Assembly (NCBI GenBank): GCA_964486045.1
Contig: CAZALK010000003.1
Span: forward strand, 241,879-305,878
Direction of reading: 5' to 3'
Origin: an uncultured archaeon
Lineage (GTDB): Archaea; Asgardarchaeota; Lokiarchaeia; Sigyniarchaeales; SOKP01
Length of the DNA stretch: 64,000 nt
Part shown: positions 41,480-51,691 of the stretch, in pieces
Position numbering within the stretch: the stretch's first letter is position 1
Layout: each line of letters starts with the position of its first letter
Notes under the pieces: model-generated
Database searches by the model: none
What the model saw: the letters and a program-made list of their open reading frames with translations, nothing else
Told to the model about the DNA's origin: nothing
Translations under genes and position numbers: made by a program

Positions 41480-43033
41480 ATGAAAAAAAAACTTGCAATC
41501 TCTAAATTTTTAATGGCTCAATTACTATTGTGGGGTGTTTTCTCATTAATTTTGAGTTCTACACCGGTTTCTTTTCAAACTGATACTAGAACTACCGACC
41601 CATTTAATCTTAAGTCTAATGCTGTGGATTTTTTAAATGCTACTGTAATTTCAGACGGATTTGGTAGCATTTATTGGAATGATGGCAGTAGTTATAATCC
41701 CGCAGTTGCGGTCGATAGTGACAACACAGTTCACGTAGTTTGGCATGATGACACTGATGGTCCATGGGGCACGGATACCGAAATTATGTATGCAAACTAC
41801 ACTACTGCAACTGGATTGTCAAATGCCACTGTAATTTCTGATGGATTTGGTGGTGTTTATTGGAATAATGACGATAGCTATAGTTCCGCAGTTGCGGTCG
41901 ATAGTAGCAATGTAGTTCACGTAGTTTGGTATGATTGGACTGATGGTATATGGGGCACGGATATCGAAATAATGTATGTTAACTATACTATTGCCGTTGG
42001 TTGGTCAAATGTTACTGTAATTTCTGATGGATATGGTGGTGTCTATTGGAATGATGGAAATAGCTTTATCCCAGCAATCATAGTGGATAACACTGACACA
42101 GTTCACGTTGCGTGGCATGATGACACTGATGGTGTTTGGGGCACGGATATCGAAATAATGTATGTTAACTATACTATTGCCGGTGGTTGGTCAAATGTTA
42201 CTGTAATTTCTGATGGATATGGTGGTGTTTATTGGAATAATGACGACAGCTTTAACCCAGCAATCATAGTGGATAACACTGACACAGTTCACGTTGTGTG
42301 GCATGATTGGACTGATGGTATATGGGGCATGGATATCGAAATTATGTATGCAAACTACACTATTGCTACAGGTTGGTCAAATGCCACTGTAATTTCTGAT
42401 GGATTTGGTGGTATTTATTGGAATGATGGCGACAGCCGTGACGCTGCAATTACTATTAGCACCACCAATGGAATTCATGTAGTATGGGATGATATGACTC
42501 CTGGGCCTTGGGGTGTAGATAAGGAAATAATGTACGCTGTATACACAACGGGTTGGTCAAATGCCACCGTAATTTCTGATGGACAAAACGGTATTTATTG
42601 GAATGATGGAACTAGTAATGATCCAGAAATCATTATGGATAATAACGACGTAATTCACGTTGTTTGGGAGGATTGGACTGATGATGGATGGGGAACTGAT
42701 TGGGAGATAATGTACGCTGAATTCATAACTGCGACAGGATGGTCTCTACCCTTGGTAATCTCTGATGGATATGGTGGTGATTTTTGGAACGATGGAAACA
42801 GCGTCGCACCTAGTATTGCTACCGGTACCACCACAGTTATGGTAGTCTGGTATGATGGCACTGATGGTCCATGGGGCACGGATGTCGAGATAATGCATAC
42901 ATCAATTCCAATCCCTGCACCCTTCGTCGACAGTACACCAGGAACAAAGGGTATTCCTTTTGGAAACTTTTACCTATTATTTATCTTTGTAGGAATAATA
43001 GGGATTATAATATATACCAAACGTAAGCTGTAA
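41480..43033 (+). CDS. Surface glycoprotein with seven ~62-aa repeats (probable beta-propeller), paralogue 1
   Basis: Signal peptide; repeat WSNATVISDG...YWND..S..P.IAVD....VHVVW.D...G.WG.D.EIMY; C-terminal IPFGN + TM + KRK. Confidence 0.88.
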   Translation: MKKKLAISKFLMAQLLLWGVFSLILSSTPVSFQTDTRTTDPFNLKSNAVDFLNATVISDGFGSIYWNDGSSYNPAVAVDSDNTVHVVWHDDTDGPWGTDTEIMYANYTTATGLSNATVISDGFGGVYWNNDDSYSSAVAVDSSNVVHVVWYDWTDGIWGTDIEIMYVNYTIAVGWSNVTVISDGYGGVYWNDGNSFIPAIIVDNTDTVHVAWHDDTDGVWGTDIEIMYVNYTIAGGWSNVTVISDGYGGVYWNNDDSFNPAIIVDNTDTVHVVWHDWTDGIWGMDIEIMYANYTIATGWSNATVISDGFGGIYWNDGDSRDAAITISTTNGIHVVWDDMTPGPWGVDKEIMYAVYTTGWSNATVISDGQNGIYWNDGTSNDPEIIMDNNDVIHVVWEDWTDDGWGTDWEIMYAEFITATGWSLPLVISDGYGGDFWNDGNSVAPSIATGTTTVMVVWYDGTDGPWGTDVEIMHTSIPIPAPFVDSTPGTKGIPFGNFYLLFIFVGIIGIIIYTKRKL

Positions 43034-43168
43034 TCTAACAACAATTTTTTTTTATTTTTTTCATTAAAACCATATTTTTTTGTATTATCTCCTAGGTGGA
43101 TTTTAATTCAAATTTTCTTACAGTCTTCTTATTGTCATATCTTGACAATAAGTTCTGTTAATTCTTTT

Positions 43169-43237
43169 AAGTTCAATCATATAGTTGATGTTACAGTTTA
43201 AGAGATTTTAAAAAGTGATAATTTAAAAAAGTAAAAA
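43169..43237 (+). repeat. 69-bp direct repeat, copy 1 (copy 2 at 48350-48418)
   Basis: AAGTTCAATCATATAGTTGATGTTACAGTTTAAGAGATTTTAAAAAGTGATAATTTAAAAAAGTAAAAA; 3 mismatches to copy 2. Confidence 0.85.
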
Positions 43238-43497
43238 CCTTCATCACAAAAGCCATGAATTTCATTTTCTTTTTGCATTATTCTTCGCCTTTTTTGTAAA
43301 AATAAAACTTGGTAAATGCAATACTAGCAGCTACCTATAAAAATATTACCATAAGATAATTTTACGCAAATCTAACCTTACAAGTAAAACCAGAATAACT
43401 AATTAAATATTTGATAACTTTTGAACAATATTGAAAAGATTTATATTAACAATCAGTTTAAGAGTATACTATCTTTTAACAAAACAGGTGAAATAAG

Positions 43498-44520
43498 ATT
43501 AATAAAAAAAAACAAAAGAGCCTATCCAAGATATTTTTTATTATTCTCATATTTTCTCTTTCAGGAATTACATTTTCGGGGTTCAATAAGACGCATACTG
43601 AAAATATAGAATTTGATATACAAACTTCCGTTCTTGGAATTGAATTACGAGATAGAGGTTCGGCTTTTAGTGGAATTAGCCCACTTGAAGTTATTCCAAC
43701 TGTATCAAATTTTACTGTTTGGGCAGATATTTGGAATAATGGATCTGACCCTTCTGGTGCTTTTAATGTATCCTTTCGTGCATCTGATAATGGTAACATT
43801 ACCCCCTCTGACACCGAGATAGGGAAAGTAACAGTTTCATCAATCAGCGCTGGAGATAATGCTACTGCTAGTTATACTGGTATATTTCCTGAAATAACAT
43901 TTGTAACATTTGGTCAACCCATTGATTATAGTTTTATAATTGGGTTCATTATTGATGTAGACGATGATGTAGTTGAGGATAATGAAGTAAATAATTGGGG
44001 TTTTTTAAATTATGTAGGATCCGATGTAGTATATGTTGCTAATAAATCCGATCTTAGAGATAGAGGACCTACTTATTCTGGAATGAATGCAACAACCGTA
44101 ATACCGGGAGTTACAGCTTTTTCGGTCTTTGCTGATATAGAAAATAGAGGATTAAAAGAGGCAGAAAGTTCCAACGTGTCTTTCTATGCATCTCTGGATA
44201 CAAATATTACTACATCAGACTATTACTTAGGGTATGATGCTCTACTACCACTCTCAAATGGAACTTTTGCGGATGTTTCCTGGGCGGGAACATTTCCCAA
44301 CATAACAGAGGGATCATACTACATCGGTTGGATTATTGACGTGAATGATGATGTTGACGAAGGGCACGAAGAAAACAACCAAGCCCATATACTCACACAA
44401 TTAATAGTGAGTATACCAGGTGCTTCCGGCGGGATTCCGGGGTATAATATAATTTTATTAGTTAGCATTGGATCTATTATTTCGGTCATCATTGTTATTA
44501 GGAAAATGAAAAGAAAATGA
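43498..44520 (+). CDS. Surface protein with two CARDB/Ig-like domains and IPGY-TM-basic (Loki-CTERM-like) tail; probable ATT start
   Basis: Frame of track ORF 44083-44520 is open back to a TGA at 43489-91; AGGTGA then ATT at 43498 gives a signal peptide (INKKKQKSLSKIFFIILIFSLSG) and two LRDRG...IIDV.DDV.E..E.NN domains. Confidence 0.8.
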   Translation: MNKKKQKSLSKIFFIILIFSLSGITFSGFNKTHTENIEFDIQTSVLGIELRDRGSAFSGISPLEVIPTVSNFTVWADIWNNGSDPSGAFNVSFRASDNGNITPSDTEIGKVTVSSISAGDNATASYTGIFPEITFVTFGQPIDYSFIIGFIIDVDDDVVEDNEVNNWGFLNYVGSDVVYVANKSDLRDRGPTYSGMNATTVIPGVTAFSVFADIENRGLKEAESSNVSFYASLDTNITTSDYYLGYDALLPLSNGTFADVSWAGTFPNITEGSYYIGWIIDVNDDVDEGHEENNQAHILTQLIVSIPGASGGIPGYNIILLVSIGSIISVIIVIRKMKRK

Positions 44521-44808
44521 ATATTAATTTACACTTTTTTTTATTTTTTTATTAAAGCCCCAATTTTTCGGTAATATCTTCTAGGCAAAATTTAAATCAA
44601 GGATTATTACAATCTTTTCACTGTCAAAAGAATTAAAAACACAGAGTATAATTTAATGCTTATTTGGAGAATTGTTGGTGTTTGGCTGCCGTAAGTAAAC
44701 TTTATGACACTAGAGAAGGAGCAAATAAAATTTAATAATCTTAAGAATTAAATATTGTTTTTTCTTATTGATGTATAATTTAACCTTTAACAAAAATGTG
44801 AGAAAAAT

Positions 44809-46362
44809 ATGAAAAAAAAATCTACAATCACTAAATTTTTAATGACTGAATTACTATTGTGGGGTGTTTTCTCATTAATCTTGAGTTCTACACCTGTTTC
44901 TTTTCAAAATGTTACCAGAACTAGCGAATCTTTTAATCTTAAGTCTAGTGCTATGGATTTCTCAAATGCTACTGTAATTTCAGACGGATTTAGTGGTACT
45001 TATTGGAATGATGACAATAGCTATAATCCCGCAGTTGCAGTCGATAGTAGCAACACAGTTCACATTGTATGGTATGATTACACTAGTGGTCCATGGGGCG
45101 TGGACGCCGAAATTATGTATGCTAACTACACTATTGCTACAGGTTGGTCAAATGCCACTGTAATTTCTGATGGATTTGGTGGTGTTTATTGGAATGATGC
45201 CAGTAGCTCTCATCCCGCAATTGCAGTTGATAGTAATAACACAGTTTACGTATTTTGGGAGGATTTCACTGATGGTCCATGGGGTTCCGATTTCGAAATA
45301 ATGTATGCCAAATTCACTATTGCCACAGGTTGGTCCAACGCAACCGTAATTTCTGATGGATACAATGGTGTTTATTGGAACGATGCTGGTAGTTATAAAC
45401 CCACAGTTGCGGTTGATAGTAGCAACACAGTTCACGTTGCGTGGCATGATTACACTAATGGTGTATGGGGCACGGATATAGAAATTATGTATGCTAATTA
45501 CACTATTGCTACAGGTTGGTCAAATGCCACTGTAATATCTGATGGATTTGGTGGGGTTTATTGGAATGGTGGTATTAGCGCGGCTCCCGCAATTGCGGTC
45601 GATAGTAGCAACACGGTTCACGTAGTTTGGTATGATTGGACTAATGGTCTATGGGGCACAGATACCGAAATAATGTATGCGAAACATGTGACTGCAACGG
45701 GATGGTCCAACGCAACTATAATTTCTGATGGATATGGAGGTGTTTATTGGAATGATGGAGGTAGCAGTAATCCTGCAATTGCTATTAATAGCACCAATGG
45801 AATTCATGTAGTATGGGACGATGGGACTAGTGGTGTATGGGGCACAGATAGTGAAATAATGCACGTTGAATACATAACAGAGTGGTCAAATACCACCGTA
45901 ATTTCTGATGGACAAAATAACATTTTTTGGAATGATGGCAATAGTTATGATCCAGAAATCGTTGTGGATGGTAACGACGCTATTCACGTCGTTTGGGTGG
46001 ACGAAACCGATGGTGCATGGGGAACCGATAGTGAGATAATGTACACTGAATTCACAATGGTGACTGGATGGTCTCTACCTTTGGTAATTTCTGATGGATA
46101 TGGTGGTGATTTTTGGAATGATGGAAGCAGTGTCACACCTAGAATTGCTGCCGGCACCATAGCAGTTTACATAGTATGGGAGGATACAACCAACGGTGAG
46201 TGGGGTATCGATTATGAGATAATGCATTCGTCAATTCCAATTCCTGCACCCTTCGTCTACAGTACACCAGGAACAAAGGGTATTCCTTTTGGAAACTTTT
46301 ACCTATTATTTATCTTTGTAGGAATAATAGGGATTATAATATATATCAAACGTAAGATATAA
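44809..46362 (+). CDS. Seven-repeat surface glycoprotein, paralogue 2
   Basis: Same architecture as 41480-43033. Confidence 0.88.
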   Translation: MKKKSTITKFLMTELLLWGVFSLILSSTPVSFQNVTRTSESFNLKSSAMDFSNATVISDGFSGTYWNDDNSYNPAVAVDSSNTVHIVWYDYTSGPWGVDAEIMYANYTIATGWSNATVISDGFGGVYWNDASSSHPAIAVDSNNTVYVFWEDFTDGPWGSDFEIMYAKFTIATGWSNATVISDGYNGVYWNDAGSYKPTVAVDSSNTVHVAWHDYTNGVWGTDIEIMYANYTIATGWSNATVISDGFGGVYWNGGISAAPAIAVDSSNTVHVVWYDWTNGLWGTDTEIMYAKHVTATGWSNATIISDGYGGVYWNDGGSSNPAIAINSTNGIHVVWDDGTSGVWGTDSEIMHVEYITEWSNTTVISDGQNNIFWNDGNSYDPEIVVDGNDAIHVVWVDETDGAWGTDSEIMYTEFTMVTGWSLPLVISDGYGGDFWNDGSSVTPRIAAGTIAVYIVWEDTTNGEWGIDYEIMHSSIPIPAPFVYSTPGTKGIPFGNFYLLFIFVGIIGIIIYIKRKI

Positions 46363-46646
46363 TCTAACTATTTTTTTTTTAATTTTTCAATTAAAACCCA
46401 AATTTTTTTGTAATATCTCCTAGATGGATTTGAATTCAAATTTTCTACATGTCTTCTTATTGCCAGAAGGTATAAAAGCATAAAGCGTAATTTGAAACCT
46501 TATTTGGAAAATTAATGGCGTTTGGTCGAAGTAAGTATTCAGCATGCATCAAAAAAAGTAATAATTAAAATTTCATAAGCTCAAGAATTAAATAGTGTTT
46601 TATCTTATTGAGCTGTAATTTAACTTTTCTTAAAAGGGAGAAAAAT

Positions 46647-48197
46647 ATGAAAAAAAAATCTGTAATAACTAAATTTTTAATGGCTCAATTACTATTATGG
46701 GGAGTTTTCTCGTTAATCTTGAGTTCTACACCAGTTTCTTCTCAAGATGTTACCAGAATTAGAGAATCATTGAATCTTAAGTCTAGCGCTGTGGATTTCT
46801 CAAATGCTACCGTAATTTCAGACGGGTTTGGTAGTATTTATTGGAATGATGACGGGAGCTCTAATCCCGCAGTTGCGGTCGATGGGAGCAACGTCGTTCA
46901 TGTAGTATGGGACGATGAGACTGATGGTGCTTGGGGTACGGATTTCGAAATTATGTATGCTAACTACTCTATTGCCACTGGTTGGTCAAATACCACTGTA
47001 ATTTCTGATGGATTTGGTGGTGTTTATTGGAATGATGGCAGTAGCACTCATCCCGCAGTGACGGTAGATAGTAATAACACAGTTCACGTAGTTTGGGAAG
47101 ATTTCACTGATGGTCCATGGGGAACGGGTATTGATTCAGAGATAATGTATGTCAAATTCACTACTGCCACAGGTTGGTCCAACGCAACCATAATTTCTGA
47201 TGGATATAGTGGTGTTTATTGGAATGATGACAGGAGTCATAAACCCACAGTTGCGGTCGATAGTAGCAACACAGTTCACGTTGCGTGGCATGATTACACT
47301 AATGGTGTATGGGGCGCGGATATAGAAATTATGTATGCTAACTACACTATTGCAACAGGTTGGTCAAACGCCACTGTAATTTCTGATGGATTTGGTGGGG
47401 TTTATTGGAATAATGGCATTAGCGCTGTTCCCGCAGTTGCGGTCGATAGTAGCAACGCAGTTCACGTTGCGTGGCATGATTACACTAGTGGTGTATGGGG
47501 TGCTGATATCGAAATAATGTATACTAAACATACGACTGCAACAGGATGGTCAAATGTCACTGTAATTTCTGATGGATTTGGTGGGGTTTATTGGAATGAT
47601 AGCCCCAGCTTTAATGCTGCGATTGCTATTAACAGCACCAATGGAATTCATGTAGTATGGGACGATGAGACTGATGGTGCTTGGGGCATAGATAGGGAAA
47701 TAATGTACGCTGTATACACAACGGGTTGGTCAAATGCCACTTTACTTTCTGATGGACAAAATAATATTCATTGGAATGATGGGGATAGTAATAACCCAGG
47801 AATCGTTGTCGATGGTAACAACGTAATTCACGTTGTGTGGGAAGATCAAACTAATGATGGTTGGGGAATCGATTCGGAGATAATGTACACTGAATTCACA
47901 ACTGCGACAGGATGGTCTCTACCTTTGGTAATCTCTGATGGATATGGTGGTGATTATTGGAACGATGGAAATAGTGCTGGACCTAATATTGCTGCCGGTA
48001 CCACAGCGGTTCACGTAGTTTGGTATGATTTCACTGTCGGTCCATGGGGTACGGATAGCGAAATAATGCATACATCAATTCCTCTTCCTGCCTCTGTCAT
48101 TGACAGTAAACAAGGTATTCCTTTTGGAAACTTTTACATATTATTTATCTTTGTTGGAATAATAGGGATTATAGTATATATCAAACGTAAGATATAA
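46647..48197 (+). CDS. Seven-repeat surface glycoprotein, paralogue 3
   Basis: Same architecture; start moved to MKKKSV at 46647 by alignment with the paralogues. Confidence 0.88.
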   Translation: MKKKSVITKFLMAQLLLWGVFSLILSSTPVSSQDVTRIRESLNLKSSAVDFSNATVISDGFGSIYWNDDGSSNPAVAVDGSNVVHVVWDDETDGAWGTDFEIMYANYSIATGWSNTTVISDGFGGVYWNDGSSTHPAVTVDSNNTVHVVWEDFTDGPWGTGIDSEIMYVKFTTATGWSNATIISDGYSGVYWNDDRSHKPTVAVDSSNTVHVAWHDYTNGVWGADIEIMYANYTIATGWSNATVISDGFGGVYWNNGISAVPAVAVDSSNAVHVAWHDYTSGVWGADIEIMYTKHTTATGWSNVTVISDGFGGVYWNDSPSFNAAIAINSTNGIHVVWDDETDGAWGIDREIMYAVYTTGWSNATLLSDGQNNIHWNDGDSNNPGIVVDGNNVIHVVWEDQTNDGWGIDSEIMYTEFTTATGWSLPLVISDGYGGDYWNDGNSAGPNIAAGTTAVHVVWYDFTVGPWGTDSEIMHTSIPLPASVIDSKQGIPFGNFYILFIFVGIIGIIVYIKRKI

Positions 48198-48349
48198 TTT
48201 AACTATAATTTTTTTTTTTATTCTATTTCATCATCTCGAGAGAAAAATGTTAAGGTAGATAAAATACAATAAGTTCTGTTGATATTGCTATTTTCTTTTT
48301 TTTTCAAGTAATTTTTATGGATATAGCAAACAAACCCTATTACTCTTTA

Positions 48350-48418
48350 AAGTTCAATTATATAGTTGATATTACACTTTAAGAGATTTTAAAAAGTGAT
48401 AATTTAAAAAAGTAAAAA
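48350..48418 (+). repeat. 69-bp direct repeat, copy 2
   Basis: Matches 43169-43237; lies just 3' of the htpX-like gene. Confidence 0.85.
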
Positions 48419-48428
48419 AAAAAATGAT

Positions 48429-50123
48429 TTAAAATGGTAACCAAAAATACACACAAACTATGCCTAAGGCAAATGCCAAAACTGCCCAGAAATATCGCAT
48501 ATGCTTGGCATAATTTCTATGTCTGCCTCCCGCTTCAGATTCTATGGTATCTACTTGTATGTAAGGAATTGGCCCTCTACGGTACCAACCTTTTATTCTG
48601 ACTCTTTGACCAATTAATCTTCTAACCGTTCTAAGAGAGAAAATCAGATCAACAAATCTAATTCCGAATCTATAATCAACAAACATACGACCAGTGTTGT
48701 CTTGGAATAACATATCCTCACTGAAATAATATCCTGGAACTCCTCTTCCAACAATTTTACCTTCCAGTATTGCAGGTACGGTTCTAATTGGGCTCACTTT
48801 TACGTTTGTTACAAGATCAACTACTTTATGTGGGGTGAATCCACTCTTATACATATATCTCGTCTTAATCAAAGAAGCAAAACCAACTAAATATAATCCT
48901 ACTGCCCATACGAGGAATACATTTTGTGCATTTAAAAACAATATTGCTGTTGGTGTAATCATCCATATAATCGTTAAGACAATCAAAGCTATTAATATCA
49001 GAGTAGGTAGTATTTTCATAAGGATATCTCCAATAAACTCATCCAACAAAGATTTTCCTGCTTGTTCTTCTTTCAATTTTCTGGCAATAGTAAAGTCAAT
49101 TTCAGGTTTTACACCATATGTCTCACATTGCTCATTCAAACGCATAATTCTTTTTGCGGGGAGTGGATGTGTAGATTTAATTTCAAAATATTTTGCCCAA
49201 GGATTAAATAAGTCCCATGCTGCTGCAGCTTGTATTGCATCCATTGACAGAACTCCTGTAGTAGTTACACTTATTATTCCTAATCCTTTTGCTGTACTTG
49301 GATCGAAGATGCCTAATCCTCGGAGTGCTCGAACTCTTGATTTTTTTACTTCTTGAACACTACTTTCAACTAGTAAACCATAGGCAATCTTAACTAGTCC
49401 AGTTGATAACGCATTTGGATTTTCTAACACCTCAGCACTATGTTCATCAGCATAATATTCTCGCACTCTACTAACTATCAATGATATTAGATGTCCTACA
49501 TAATAGGCGATAAAAGATAACACAGCTATCGCAATTAAAGCCATTCTAAGAACATTAGCTTCACCACTATCGCTTGATCTTCGTCTACCAGAAAACCAGC
49601 TAGCATAATATGCCCATCGAGCAACTGTCAATAAGACTAATGGAATTGCAAACACAATAGTCATAATTATAAAATCTGAATGCACAACATGCCCTAATTC
49701 GTGTGAAAATACCGCATTCTGCTCCTTTTTATTTAAGTACTTTAGAATTCCATCTGTAATTATAATTCTCGCTGAATTTTTACTCCAGCCAAAAGTAAAT
49801 GCATTCGGATTGAGATCATGAATAATTCCAAGTCTCGGTTGTCTAATTCCATTAAATGCAACCACTTTATCAAGGGAATCTGCTAAGTGAGGATAATTCC
49901 TCGCAAAATCTTCGTAAGATATCCAATCTATAGCATAAAGCCAATTAACAATTAGCGGAGAAATTCCATATTGGAGTAATACCATTCCTATTGTTAATGC
50001 AACCATTATTAATAATCCGAACAGAGAAGAAGGCAAGAACCACACACCTATAACAAAAATAACTGCATAGAGAAGTGCAAACAAGGCAGTTATTGCTAAT
50101 CCTGAAGCTACTTTTAATCCCAT
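48429..50123 (-). CDS. htpX: HtpX-like M48 zinc metalloprotease with C-terminal TM + OB-fold-like extension
   Basis: PNAFTFG, HELGH, SRVREYYAD, STHP....RI. Confidence 0.88.
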   Translation of the reverse strand: MGLKVASGLAITALFALLYAVIFVIGVWFLPSSLFGLLIMVALTIGMVLLQYGISPLIVNWLYAIDWISYEDFARNYPHLADSLDKVVAFNGIRQPRLGIIHDLNPNAFTFGWSKNSARIIITDGILKYLNKKEQNAVFSHELGHVVHSDFIIMTIVFAIPLVLLTVARWAYYASWFSGRRRSSDSGEANVLRMALIAIAVLSFIAYYVGHLISLIVSRVREYYADEHSAEVLENPNALSTGLVKIAYGLLVESSVQEVKKSRVRALRGLGIFDPSTAKGLGIISVTTTGVLSMDAIQAAAAWDLFNPWAKYFEIKSTHPLPAKRIMRLNEQCETYGVKPEIDFTIARKLKEEQAGKSLLDEFIGDILMKILPTLILIALIVLTIIWMITPTAILFLNAQNVFLVWAVGLYLVGFASLIKTRYMYKSGFTPHKVVDLVTNVKVSPIRTVPAILEGKIVGRGVPGYYFSEDMLFQDNTGRMFVDYRFGIRFVDLIFSLRTVRRLIGQRVRIKGWYRRGPIPYIQVDTIESEAGGRHRNYAKHMRYFWAVLAFALGIVCVYFWLPF

Positions 50124-50402
50124 AATTTTTCACCTTTGAATAAAATTAGTTTTATTACAAATATTTAGATAATCTTCTGTTTTTAATAAATTTGAAAATT
50201 TTTAAGTAATATAGAATTACAATGGTATTAATTCTTTATGCTTAAGATTTCTAAAAAGTCAGTATATTAAGTGAGAACTTTCGTTTACTCTGAATTCTCG
50301 CTTTCTTTCTCTTCTTTATACTTTATTTGCCTTTTTTTTGGTTTTTTCTTCTACCGGTGGTTCTGGTTCAAAAAGTACAGATTAACTAAAAGATGGGGTA
50401 TT

Positions 50403-51626
50403 CTATTTAATTTGAATTTGTTCTAATTTCATTAGAAGAGGATCTATTATATCTAAATCCTTAGTGTGAGTAAATGGGAGGTATTTTTTCATTAATAAAG
50501 TTTGGAAGTGAGAAATAAATCTCTTTTTTAGTTTTTGATAAAAATCTTCTATTAATTTAACAGCTATAAATTGCCAATCCTCGTTAATTTTTTTCATTTC
50601 TTCATTAGAGTAGATATTAAGAAATATTTTACTCTTTAGAATCACAATTCTATCTCCTTCGAAATCAAATTGAGAAGAAATTGAAAAGTTTGATAAATTT
50701 TTTAAATAACTTTGCAATTCCTTTTGTATTATAGATCTATCAGTTAGCTCACTTAATATCCCTACTAAATCGCTAAGAATGTCAATTATTATATAAACTT
50801 GACGCCCTTCCTCCTCCACGATTTTAATATATTCTTTTTTATATAATCTTTCAAGTAAATGTACGATTCTATCACCATGAGATTCAACCAAACTTTTAAC
50901 TCGAGCTACATTTTCTAGATCTTTCAAAATTTTTACAAAATTTAAATACGGGAAGTTATTAATAATCGACATGCACTCTTCATCATTAGATATATAAAAT
51001 TGTTGTATTTTATCAGTAGCGATAATATAATCCCTCTTCTCAATTATGTTTTCAAAATTTATCGCTTTCAGATAATAGGCAAAATTTAACTTTTCATAGC
51101 ATTCAGTTCGGTATTCAGATGAAAAATAATCACATTCTATTATTCGAGTTGTTACACAACAGCATGTCATTGGACACTTTTCATCATTTATTTCTACCAA
51201 TTTATTATTTTCATTCGGAATTACAACCCAATCTTCTGATATTGGAACTCTAAATAAAAGACGAATTAATTTTCTCTGAAAACACTCAAATAGGTGGATT
51301 TTAGGAATTTCTCCATCAATTATATCCAGTCTTTCTAATTCATGAAAAATAGTTTTAACTCGATTCTGTAGATGTAAGACTGGGATATTCGAGATTATAG
51401 TTAAAATATAATTTTCTCCTTTAAATTCTGTTATTTTGTTTTTTCCGTAATCTAATACAAAATGTTTGGATTTAGTTTTAAATATTTCTTCTGAAAAACT
51501 CCCTAAAGCTGATAAAAAACCTGAAAGTAAGGTTTCATCAAGAATTAATGAATTATCATTAAAATCAAATAGCGCAATCGGAAGTCCATAAGTATTAGAA
51601 ACTAAAACTTTCTCTACGACAAGAAT
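50403..51626 (-). CDS. Longin/roadblock-like domain protein with Cys-rich middle; probable ATT start
   Basis: Frame of track ORF 50403-51200 is open to a TGA at 51654-56; AGGAGG (51634-39) lies 7 nt before ATT 51626; adds ILVVEKVLVSNTYGLPI...DETLLSGFLSALGSFSEEIF. Confidence 0.78.
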   Translation of the reverse strand: MLVVEKVLVSNTYGLPIALFDFNDNSLILDETLLSGFLSALGSFSEEIFKTKSKHFVLDYGKNKITEFKGENYILTIISNIPVLHLQNRVKTIFHELERLDIIDGEIPKIHLFECFQRKLIRLLFRVPISEDWVVIPNENNKLVEINDEKCPMTCCCVTTRIIECDYFSSEYRTECYEKLNFAYYLKAINFENIIEKRDYIIATDKIQQFYISNDEECMSIINNFPYLNFVKILKDLENVARVKSLVESHGDRIVHLLERLYKKEYIKIVEEEGRQVYIIIDILSDLVGILSELTDRSIIQKELQSYLKNLSNFSISSQFDFEGDRIVILKSKIFLNIYSNEEMKKINEDWQFIAVKLIEDFYQKLKKRFISHFQTLLMKKYLPFTHTKDLDIIDPLLMKLEQIQIK

Positions 51627-51691
51627 ATTTTTTCCTCCTGTATCTCCTTTGCTTCACAGAAACATGAAAAATATTAATTTCTTAATTTTTT

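Noticed and set aside
43421-43822. Three short track ORFs suggesting a frameshifted gene
   Set aside because: A single uninterrupted frame (43492-44520) explains the region; the short ORFs are off-frame or antisense shadows
41630-48080. Regular ~186-bp repeats as a CRISPR array or DGR template/variable repeats
   Set aside because: Repeats are in-frame coding units without unique spacers; differences are not adenine-specific; no cas or reverse transcriptase gene in the window
50317-50380. Minus-strand stretch LFEPEPPVEEKTKKKANKV*
   Set aside because: Too short and startless; at most a remnant
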